Shown here piece after piece: positions 16,545 to 26,400 of a stretch of 64,000 bases of DNA. A model generated the notes under the pieces. The model was not told where the DNA came from. It was given only the letters and a program-made list of their open reading frames with translations, and did not search any database. This DNA comes from Candidatus Margulisiibacteriota bacterium. GTDB taxonomy: Bacteria; Margulisbacteria; WOR-1; O2-12-FULL-45-9; XYB2-FULL-48-7. The translations under genes and the position numbers were made by a program. Each line of letters begins with the position of its first letter. The first letter of the stretch is position 1. The stretch is taken from positions 276,986-340,985 of the forward strand of contig JALOPZ010000001.1 of NCBI GenBank assembly GCA_025453605.1. Direction: 5' to 3'.

Positions 16545-19531
16545 AAATTAATCTCCAGGTTGCCGCTGATGTCGGTCAACCTGTAATCAGGGGCGAAACT
16601 GACCTGTCGCTCCGCCCGGATGGTAAAGTTCACAAATTCGCTGAGCGAGTATTTTCCTTTGAGCGCCAGGTCGAACAGCTCGGTCGCCGCTCCCTGGAAC
16701 GACTTTGAGTAGCTAAGATCACCATCGACCCGGACGCGGTCGCCCGCCCGGAAGATAAAACCGGCGGCCGGAGCAACCGCATACGAGAGTGGCACGACCG
16801 CCAGGTTGTCAGTTGTCTGGCTCAGGGCTGTCGACAGGCTGAAGCTCCAGGCGTCATTAACGTTCCAGGTCCCTTTCAAACTGGCAGTGTGGCTGACGCT
16901 GTCAGCCAGGTTATCAGCCGCCTCGCCCGTCCCCTGGGTGCCGTACAGGAAAGTGTAGCGGGCGTCAAAGGCGAACCGCTCGGAAAGCGAGGTTCGGGCA
17001 ACCGTGTCAAATCTTGTCGCGCCGGTCCGACCGGGGAGATAAGTGACCGGCTCGGCGCTGGTCAACTGGGTCGTCCGGCCGTTGTCGAGCTGGTAGTTAA
17101 GTTCGACCGACAAAAAGCGGAGCGGCGCCAGTTTGACCGTGTAGAGGACCGAATCAGTGTCGGCGGTGTTCGCCTTCAGGTCGTAACGAAAATTATCGAT
17201 GTTAAACAGGCGGCCGCTCTTTAACAAGCACCCCAGCGCCAGATCGTTGGTCGGCAGGAGATTGATCTCACCCTGCTGCTGCTCATTGCTCCGGCTCAGT
17301 GTCCCGGTGCGGGGGATGACCGTGAAGTCAGGCTTGAACAGATAGCGCAAGCGGAGCGGCCGGACCGGCCGCAGGTCCAGGGAAAAAGAGCCGGTCTGTT
17401 TGGAAACGACCTCGGTCGTGGCGTAGTTCTCGTTGACCGTCGTGATCGTGTATTTGCCGTCGGTCCGGACGGCCGCGCTCGGCTCCGCCCGGTAAGACAT
17501 GTCGGTAACGTTCTTGAGCCCGTCCAGCGTATCGTCCAGGTGTTCGACCGACGCCGCCAGGAAATATTGGCGGGCCGGCGACCAGGCAAGGTTCAGGTTA
17601 TAGGTTCGCCGCTGCGGCGCGGTCCCGTCAGGCAACGTCCGGTCTTCCAGCTCGACATTGGAGGTCAGGGTCAGTTTTTCCAGGCCGACGGTCGCCAGGC
17701 CGAAGTTCGCCCGCCGGTAATCGGTCGCTTCCGCCGAGGGCGACCGCACCAGCCATTCTTCCTTGGTCCCCTTTAGGCTGATCGCCAGCACTCCCGGCCG
17801 GTAGACGGTCTCGACCGAATCCCGGCTGATCCGCCGCGCGATCGTCGCTCCGGAGACGGGGTCATTGCTCTGCTCATCCTGTGAATAGTTGTACTCTAAT
17901 GAGGGGAGCCGCTCCGGCGTCAGGCTTGCCTTGGCTGCCCGGTAGGTGTTGTCATAAACAATACCGCTCTGGGTATACTTATCCTGACTGTAACTCCCCT
18001 GAGCCCCGAACAGGGAGCCGGGGCGAAAACTCAGGGTCCCGCCTCCCGCCGTAACATCCTGTTTCGGCTCGGGATCGCCGATCGGCGCGAAACGGGCCCC
18101 GACCCTTTTGGCCGCCGCGGTCAGGCCGAACGGGCCAAGCTGCGTACTGATCTCCAGCTTGGCGGCTTTTCCCGCTTCCTCGCTCCCCGGTCCGAACAGA
18201 TTTAGGTTTTGCCGCGAATAAGCGATCTCGCCGTTGGCGGTCAGCTGTTCGCTGACCAGCGCGCCGTCGACACCGACCACATAGTGGCCGGCAGGGTTAA
18301 CGGCTTCCTGGCTCATCGTGGCGCGGATATCCGCCGCGCCGCTCAGGCTGTCCGAATCGTCGAGATAGGTCAGGCCAAGTTTGAGGTCGGGCCGCGGCCT
18401 GTCCGTCAGCCGCACGCCGTAAGTCGCGTGCTGGTAAACGTTCTGGCGGTTGTCATAATAGGCCTCGACGATCGACCGCGGATCGATCGTCTTTTTGATA
18501 AATGTGACCGTCCCGGCGTTGTAGTCGATATTGTAGTCATTGCCCCGCTTCTGGAGTTGGCCGTCGACGATCACCCGTTCGCTGTCGATCGCCACCGGCG
18601 CGCTCCCCAGCTGAAATGGCCCCTGGGTCCCGTCGCCGTAAACCCGGAAATATTTAGCCGTCCCTTTGGGGGACGAGTAAAACGCCTGAATACCGTAGTT
18701 ACCGTATTCGCCCTTAAAACGAGCCCCGGACATCACTCTATCCAGCCGGGAGAACTCGGTCTCGGTCAGGTCGGCGGTGTAATCGCCCAGGTAGACTTCG
18801 GTGCTCCCTTGCTGAACAAGTAAGGAGACTTTGTCCTCCTGCTGAGCGACCGTCGGCAATCCCGCCGTGCTGGTGCTGATCAGGTTGGCGTCAACCTTCA
18901 GGTCGTCATTCTGGCCGGCAATATTGAGACGCAGGCCCTCCTCCCGCGTCAGGCCGGGGACAAAGCCTTCCTTGCTCCCCTCTATGCTGCGCGAGGTGAA
19001 CGCCAGGGTCTTGGCCCCTTTGATGATGAACGGCAGCGCTTCGGTCGACGGCGTCAGCACCGTGACCGGTTCGCCGCTGACGGTCAGCAGCGGCTCTTCC
19101 CTGGTCACGTCGAACGGCGGGATGAATTCGGCTTCGCCGGTCACGACCGGCGGCTTGACCACGCGGTACCAGACCACCGACTTGGTCCAGTAAGGCTCAA
19201 AACGGCCGTAACTGAAATGGATATAGCGATACCAGACGGTAAAAAAGTGCCAGCCTTCCTGGTAATCGGCCGGGATGGTGAATTCCCCCAGCCAATATCC
19301 ACCCCGGTAACGGAGCGGGATCTCCCTCTCCCGGTCAGTGTAAACGGTCGCTTTCTGGGCCGGGCCATTGATCCTTATTTTCAGCGCGATCTTGTCGCCG
19401 GTCCGCGGCGGATAATCCGGTTGGATGGTCAGCGAATAGCTTGGTCGGTAGAAAGTCTGTTCAGCGCCGGTTGCGGACAGGCTAAGCAAACAGAGACAGC
19501 AGATCACTAAAAGCCAGGTGCAGGTCCTCAT
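16541..19531 (-). CDS. large secreted protein (996 aa), probable outer-membrane beta-barrel
   Basis: Signal peptide MRTCTWLLVICCLCLLSLSATGA. About 800 aa of alternating-polarity strand-like segments with Y/F/W/G/N/D turns. No named domain recognised. Confidence 0.55.
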   Translation of the reverse strand: MRTCTWLLVICCLCLLSLSATGAEQTFYRPSYSLTIQPDYPPRTGDKIALKIRINGPAQKATVYTDREREIPLRYRGGYWLGEFTIPADYQEGWHFFTVWYRYIHFSYGRFEPYWTKSVVWYRVVKPPVVTGEAEFIPPFDVTREEPLLTVSGEPVTVLTPSTEALPFIIKGAKTLAFTSRSIEGSKEGFVPGLTREEGLRLNIAGQNDDLKVDANLISTSTAGLPTVAQQEDKVSLLVQQGSTEVYLGDYTADLTETEFSRLDRVMSGARFKGEYGNYGIQAFYSSPKGTAKYFRVYGDGTQGPFQLGSAPVAIDSERVIVDGQLQKRGNDYNIDYNAGTVTFIKKTIDPRSIVEAYYDNRQNVYQHATYGVRLTDRPRPDLKLGLTYLDDSDSLSGAADIRATMSQEAVNPAGHYVVGVDGALVSEQLTANGEIAYSRQNLNLFGPGSEEAGKAAKLEISTQLGPFGLTAAAKRVGARFAPIGDPEPKQDVTAGGGTLSFRPGSLFGAQGSYSQDKYTQSGIVYDNTYRAAKASLTPERLPSLEYNYSQDEQSNDPVSGATIARRISRDSVETVYRPGVLAISLKGTKEEWLVRSPSAEATDYRRANFGLATVGLEKLTLTSNVELEDRTLPDGTAPQRRTYNLNLAWSPARQYFLAASVEHLDDTLDGLKNVTDMSYRAEPSAAVRTDGKYTITTVNENYATTEVVSKQTGSFSLDLRPVRPLRLRYLFKPDFTVIPRTGTLSRSNEQQQGEINLLPTNDLALGCLLKSGRLFNIDNFRYDLKANTADTDSVLYTVKLAPLRFLSVELNYQLDNGRTTQLTSAEPVTYLPGRTGATRFDTVARTSLSERFAFDARYTFLYGTQGTGEAADNLADSVSHTASLKGTWNVNDAWSFSLSTALSQTTDNLAVVPLSYAVAPAAGFIFRAGDRVRVDGDLSYSKSFQGAATELFDLALKGKYSLSEFVNFTIRAERQVSFAPDYRLTDISGNLEINL

Positions 19532-19537
19532 TGCCGC

Positions 19538-20458
19538 TCACCAGACGCCCGAGAGCGAGATCCGGTGAACATTGGCGCGCGAGAGCGCCTGTTGATTTAC
19601 ATAGGCATAATCAACCAGCGCGTGCTGGAAAGCAAAACCGGCCCCGGCCGTGAAACCACCGCTTGAGTAACCGGTCCGGAACGCGATCCCCCGGTAGATC
19701 GCCTGCTCGAACCCGAGACTGATCTCCGGCGAATAGCCCGAGCGGGCAACTTGACTGACGTCAACCGCCAGCAGCGCGTCCGCCGGCTTATAAGCCAGAC
19801 CGATCCTTATCTTCGGCGGGACCCGCTCCACCGTCCCGGTCCCCCACTGCTGTTCATTAACGAGGTCGTCAACCTTAAGCCCCAGCGTCAACGGCGACGG
19901 GAAACGGACCAATAACCCCGGCGTAACCGAATATCCGGACGCCTGCCCTCCGGCGATCTGGTCCAGCGAGGAATTGAGGTACTTGGCCGTCAGGCCGATC
20001 GAGACGCGGTCGCTGAGCTCCCGGCCGTAGGCGATCAGATAGGCATTGCTGAAGTAGCTGAACTGGCCGAGCTGTTCAACTTCGTTATGCTGATCGACCT
20101 CGCTCGAGGTCTGGGCAATATTACCGAGCGCCACCTGGACCCAGGAGATGCCCAGGGTGCCGCCGAGCGCTTTCTGCACATAGCTGATGTAGAAATGATC
20201 GGCGTCGGTGGAGAGTTTGGTCTGCATCGTGGTGATCTCGCTGCTGGAAACCGTCCCTAAGCCGGCCGGGTTCCAGTACGGCGCGTCGGCGTTATCGGCG
20301 ATCGCAGTAAATGCACCACCCATCCCGAGCGCCCGGGCGCCGACGCCGGATTCGAGCACCGCCAGGTCGGTCCCGCCCTGCCCTTGCGCCAGCACCGGCA
20401 AGGCCAGCAACAATGTCAGATGACCAATGACCAATGTCAAATGAATGTATTTTCTCAT
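19538..20458 (-). CDS. PorV/PorQ-like (FadL-fold) outer-membrane beta-barrel protein
   Basis: Signature GARALGMGGAFTAIADNADAPYWNPAGLG after the signal peptide. C-terminal aromatic (…SLSGVW) beta-signal. ATGA overlap with the giant gene's stop. Confidence 0.6.
   Translation of the reverse strand: MRKYIHLTLVIGHLTLLLALPVLAQGQGGTDLAVLESGVGARALGMGGAFTAIADNADAPYWNPAGLGTVSSSEITTMQTKLSTDADHFYISYVQKALGGTLGISWVQVALGNIAQTSSEVDQHNEVEQLGQFSYFSNAYLIAYGRELSDRVSIGLTAKYLNSSLDQIAGGQASGYSVTPGLLVRFPSPLTLGLKVDDLVNEQQWGTGTVERVPPKIRIGLAYKPADALLAVDVSQVARSGYSPEISLGFEQAIYRGIAFRTGYSSGGFTAGAGFAFQHALVDYAYVNQQALSRANVHRISLSGVW
20412..20446. repeat. heptamer array AATGTCA GATGACC AATGACC AATGTCA AATGAAT (reverse complement unit TTGGTCA)
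   Basis: Read directly. Lies in the signal-peptide coding part (HLTLVIGHLTLL) of the PorV-like gene. Confidence 0.8.
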
Positions 20459-23400
20459 TTAAGCACCGCGATTTTCCCCCGGCCGGTCAGCGACTTATCG
20501 CCCAGGCGGGCGCTGATCTCGAACGGATAGATCCCGTTCATGACCAGCTCTCCCCTCCCGTTCCGGCCGTCCCATTCTATATCGTTATATTTATCCCAAA
20601 TGTTCGCTGATTCTCCGTTCGTCGAGCCATCGAGCTCGGCCACCAGGGCGCCGGTAATACTATAAATCCTGATCTTGACGCTGTCGGCGTCGGCGCCGAG
20701 CCGGTAGCGGATCTTTGTTTTCTCCCTGTTCGGATTGAACGGGTTCGGGAAATTAGTGACCCCGGTCAGCGTCAGCTCCGGCGTGATAGTAAACGACCAG
20801 ACCTCCGACGTCGCCGCCTCATTGGTCGTCAGCGCGGTCACTTTCCAATAGTAGGTGTCGCGGTCGAGACCGGGGTCGAACTCGTGGATGGCGTAGGTGT
20901 AGTTGAAGAGAGCCAGATCAGCTTTATCGGCCGTCCCGGCGCTGGGCGCCTTGGTGAACGTCTGCGCCGCGACGGTAAAGGTGTCATTCTTGGCCACATC
21001 GAGCCGGTAAGCGGTCGTCTCGCCCTGATGATGCCGCCATTCGAAGGTGGGGCGGAGCGAAGTGACGTTCTGGCTGTTATCGGCCGGCGTGATCAACGCG
21101 GGTGATTCCAGCGAGGCCGCCTGACTAATAACTTTATCCATTCTTACTGCAGCGGTTTGCAGTCTTGATGTCGGGTTCCCGCTGACTGGGGCGAAATTAT
21201 GGGGAATCTTCTGAAAATATATGTCCTTATTCCCGCTCCGATTGTCTTCCCAAACGACCAGGCAATCTTCCTGATTCCCGTTAATGGTCAAGGATGGTTT
21301 CGCGGCCACTCCGCTCCTGGTCAATTTCACCTCCCAGGCAGAATCACCCTGCAGGCGACGGTACCACACTTCTCCGGCCCTTATATCCACAGAATGGGTA
21401 AAGGTCTTACCCTGGGTCATGGTCGTTTGACCGGGGGGGCCGTCCACTTTATCCGGCCATTTACCGGCGTTGTTCCAGTTTTTTCCTCCATCCTGGCTGA
21501 TCCTTTGGTATTGATTGTATTTACGGTCGATATAATCCACTTTTGTATATCCTGACCCCTGCCCAAATACAAACTTAACGGTAACGTCAGCATAATACCA
21601 GCCGACAGAAAGATTAACCGTATCAACCGTCTCGCCATCCCCCGTCCCGCCGGCCTTTGACCAGATTTGCGTCCCGCCTGATATGCTCATGCCATTTGAA
21701 GTGTAGATAGCGTGTCCTTCAGCATTCTCCCCATCCGCCCGGCATCTAACTGTCACCGTCTGATCATGATCGATATAGAACGGGCTGCTCGCTCCTCTAA
21801 CCGTCTGGTCTACCGACCAACCGCAGCTTGCGCTGGCATCAGCCGTGCGCACATAGCCATCGTCCGGCGCCCCTTCGGTCCAGCGAATATTTAAGTAATC
21901 CCCATCCGCCAGCACGGCGGGAGAAAACGAATCAGCACTGTTATTGGAAATGTTGATATCATCCCAGATCGCGATCGTTCTCGAGCTATCGACGCTCCTG
22001 TTCCCGGCATTGTCGCTCGCTTCGATCTCCAGGGTATAATCGCCTTCGTTGACGTAATCGCCGTAACTGTTCGTCCCGTCCCAGGAAAAAGCATAACTGC
22101 CGCCTGTCCCCAGTGGCCATTCCCTGATCACCGTCGCGCCGCGTTTGAGCCGCGCGGTGACCGACTGCAAGCCGGCCGGCGCGTCGGCGGCATTAAAGCT
22201 GATCGACGTCGTGTTGGCCGCCAAATAGGGATTGAACGACCCATTGCTAACGCTTAAATTGCCGATCGTCGGCATGGTCCGGAAAATTATCGTTTTGCTG
22301 ACCGGGTCGCTCCAGTTACCGGCGTTATCTCTGAACTGCGCGCTCACGGTTTGGCCGCCTTCGTTGTTTTTTAGTATCCAGGGCCGCGGACCGGGACTTA
22401 ACTCGCCTGACCAGCCGTCGCTATCGTTCCGGACGATCACTGCTGCTACTCCAGAGACCGGGTCATCTGCCTGTAATTTTGTCAGATCAATTGCGATAGT
22501 GTTTGTTTGTCCAGCTTCGTTATTGATCTCCAAAATGCAATTAGTCGGCTTGGTGACATCTTTCTTGATATAGAAAACCGGATCGGCCGTCTCGGTCAGG
22601 TTGCCGGCAATGTCCTGGACCTTAACATAGACCTGATTGGTCCCATCGGTACACTGGTTCGCGAAATCGATCGCCCAGGGAGCGGTGAATTGCGCTTCGC
22701 CGGTCACGATCGGAATTCCGGACCAGCCGGACCCGGTGCCGTCGGCTTTGCGGACCCGGTACTGCGCCAAAGCCAGCCTGGAGGCGTCGGCGCCGTCGTC
22801 GCGGAAGCCGACGTTATAGGTTGTCCCGCCGGCGTTCCGCCAGGCCTCGTCGCCCGTTTGGTTGTCGACCACCACCGGAGCGGTGTTGTCGACGACGACC
22901 TCGCGGGTCATTAGGTTATCTAGCGCCCGGCGACCTAAATAGTCGCGGACGTCGACCCGGAAATAATACTTGCCGTCCGGCACGTACTGGCCGGCGTCAT
23001 CCTTCCCGTTCCAGGCCGCGTAATAGTTGGCCGAGGTAACGAACTCGCCGCTCTCCACCGTCCTGACCAGCTGGCCGGCCTGATCATGGACAGTTACCGT
23101 GTAATAGCCGCCCTTTTTGCCGACCCCGTCCAGCCAGGCGATATCGTCGTCCAGCCCCATCACCTCGATCCGCTCCGGCTCCTCGTAAGACTTGGGGGTC
23201 ACCCCGAGCAAGACCTTGAACCAGTATTTGGCCGCGCCAAAAGCCGGATCTCCCGGATTGTTCTTGGGCGAAAAATAGTGCGGATTCGGGTTGGTCCCGC
23301 CGCGCACGGTCTGGTCCGGCTCCTGCACTTTCAAGGCGTTGTTCTGGATCCAGACCGTCCCGCCCCAGAGGCGCTGGGTCAAGTTACCGGCCCGGTCGCG

Positions 23401-26400
23401 GACCTCGACCAGGAAAGCGTACTTGCCCGGCGCGGCGTAATTCCCGGCGCCGACCGAGCCGTTCCAGATCACGTAACCGGCGCCCGGTTCCTTGAAAATG
23501 TTATTTTCCAGAGTGGTGATCAGATTGGCGGCCGTAAAATCGGACCGGGTATAATCGACGGCCGCCCGGGTGTTGTCCATTTTGTAAACCCTGGTGGTGA
23601 CGTAGCCTGGTTCGCTCAGGTTATACTGTAAAGTAGTCTGCAGGGCCGTTTCGGCAGCGGAAGCGTTGGTCGCAAAATGGCCGGGATTGGCGATCATCCC
23701 CGGTTCGGTCGAAATGCCGACGGTCGGCTCGACCAGGTCGATCACCAAGCTCTCCGGCGAGGAGGACAGCCTGAGCCCTTCGTTGCCGGCAAAGTCGCGG
23801 CCGGCAACCCGCACTTCCGCCGTCCCACTCCAATCGCTGCTGCTGACCGGGTAATTGTAGGAATACTCGCCCGCGGTCAGGCTGTCGTAAATTGCCGGAT
23901 TACCGTTGACCGAGACGTCGGGATTGACTTTGAGCGGCTCCGAACTCTGGAAGCGAATATTGGCTACCGCCCCTGCCTTGACAAATTTGGGCAGGCATTC
24001 AAGGCGGCTGAAGAGCGGAGCGACGGTATCGATCGTCAGCAGCTCGCCGGCCCGATAGGTCGCCGGATTATTGGCCAGATCGCTAACTTCGATGGTGATG
24101 TTCGCCAGACCGTCATTCCCGGCAAAAGCTTTGTACTGCGCGGTGCAAAGTCCGTCGGCAACCGTCCACTGGCCGGTGACCGGGATCAGTTGCGGCGCGG
24201 CGCCACTCTGCGCCACCCAAAGCCTGGGGGCCGATCGGAGCGGTTCGGAGATCTTGAATTGGATCGCGGCGGGACCGCTCACCTCGGGAGTGCTGGCCGG
24301 GTTCGGCACAACGGTCAGCTCGCTGATCGCCGGTTCGGTCTGGTCGATCGTCAGCGTTTTGGTCTTGTTGATCGGATTGAAAGCCAGATCGCGCGCCACT
24401 ACCTCAATGGTCGTTATTCCTTCGCTGTCTGCGCCGACAACCAGATATTGATAAGTGTAGTTGTCGGCTTCTTTGCTGACCAGGCTGGCCGGTCTGATAA
24501 TGCCGTTGCTCAGCAGAAAAGTGACGGACGGATCTTCCGCCACCGGCTCGGGGAAGCTCAGGTTGACAGTGACCGTGTCGCCTAATTTAGCGTAAGCGTG
24601 ACTGAGCGAGAAGTCGGTCGGTTCGGGATTGGTGTAGTCAACGTTGAAGGGGACGGCCTGCGGCACAGCCGTCGTCCCCAGCGCGTCCTGGCCGGTGATT
24701 CGGGCAAAGTAATTGCCGGCCGGGAGCGGTGTCCCGGCGTCCGTCAGTCCGTCGTAGGTGTAAACGTATGAGCCGGCCGTCTTGTTCAAGGTTTTGCTCC
24801 AGAACGCCTCGCCGGAAGCGTTCAGCACTTCCAGCTTGACCAGCCCTTCACTGGAGATGTAAAGCGTCGCGTAATTAAGTCCATAATTGAAGTCGATCGT
24901 ATCCTTGGCCCCGTCGCCGTTCGGGGAAAAGATCACCGGACCGACCGCCAGGTTAACCGCCGGTTTCGTCGAAACCAGCAGCAGTGTCCCCCGCCCCTCG
25001 CTCCCAACCCCTAATTTATCCTCCACACTGACCAAGTAGCGGTAATGACCGTCGGGCACGGCCTGCCCGCTGTCATTCTTTCCGTCCCAGTAGAACGAGT
25101 AGTTGCCCTCCCCCTGCGGGTCATTGGTCAGCAGGTGGCGAACGGTCGAGCCGGTCTCGTTCTGGATATCGAGTGACACCCGGTAATCAGGGGCGCCGCC
25201 GGACAACTGGTAAGTTATCCTGGTCAGGTCCATTAAGCCGTCGCTGTTCGGGGTAAAGGGATCCGGGCTGGCGAGCGCGGCAGTTATCTGCAGGTTTTCC
25301 AGCGGCACAACGGAAAAGCGGTCGGTGATCTGTTCTGCGCTGTTCTGCGCCCGGTCGATCGCCGAAACCTTGATGTATGTTGGCCGCTGGTACTCGGGGT
25401 TAGGCTGGCGGAAAATGGCCCAATGCTCTCCCGCTCCCTGTTCTTCGTTGTTGACCAGGACCTGGACCGGCAGGCCGTCAAGATCGTAAGCCACGGCCTC
25501 AACCGAAGCAGTTTCGGGCAGGACATATTTCAGCGCCGCCCGCCGCTCCTCATAATTGATATTGACCAGATAGGTCAGGATATTGGGCTCGACACTGTCG
25601 ACCACCACCGTATTGGTGATGTCGGCCGGTTCGCCGCCGTCCAGGTCGGTCGCGGTAATCCGAAACTCGTAAGTCCCGTCGCTGATCTTGCTCCCGTTCC
25701 GGCTGCTCTTTGGCCCGGCATAATCGGGGTCGTAACTCCCGTCCCAGGCGACCTGATGCCCCCCTTTGGTCTGGATCTCCCCTTTGATCAACCGTTTGAG
25801 CACCGCCCCGTCCTGGCCGATCACGGTGAGATCGACGCGGACATTGTCCCGGGCCAGCGCGTAACTAAGACGGGTCTGGCCGTTGCGCGGATTGGGCGGC
25901 GAAAAGGGATCGGGCTCGGCAAAAAGATACGGGACCAGCGACGGCTGGCAATCGACCAGAATAGCGGAGGTCTCAGAAGTGGCAATATTACCAGCCTGGT
26001 CTTCCGCCAGCAAATAATAATTTAAGTTCCCACCCAGCAGCTCGTAGCGGCTCCCCCGTCCATCCCACTCCCAGCTGCCGGTCACGGTGGTCTTGCCGGT
26101 CGGGTTAAGGTCCTGCAGATATTTACGGAAGCGTGTTCCGTCTCCCTGTTCGATCACGGTCGTAGCCGCTGCCGGTTCGGACAGCCGATACGAGAAGAGC
26201 GTGCGGTCTTTGGTCCCGTCATTGTTCGGCGTGAACGGATTAGGCGCGGCGGCAAAGCTTTCGATCGTCGGAGGGACGGTGTCGATGGCGACCGCCTGAG
26301 GTTCGCACGTCCCCAGGTTGCCGGCGTCATCTTCCGCGTAAACGCGCAGCTTATATTCCCCATCGGAAAGTGCCGACCCTTCCCAGGTAAAACAGCAATA

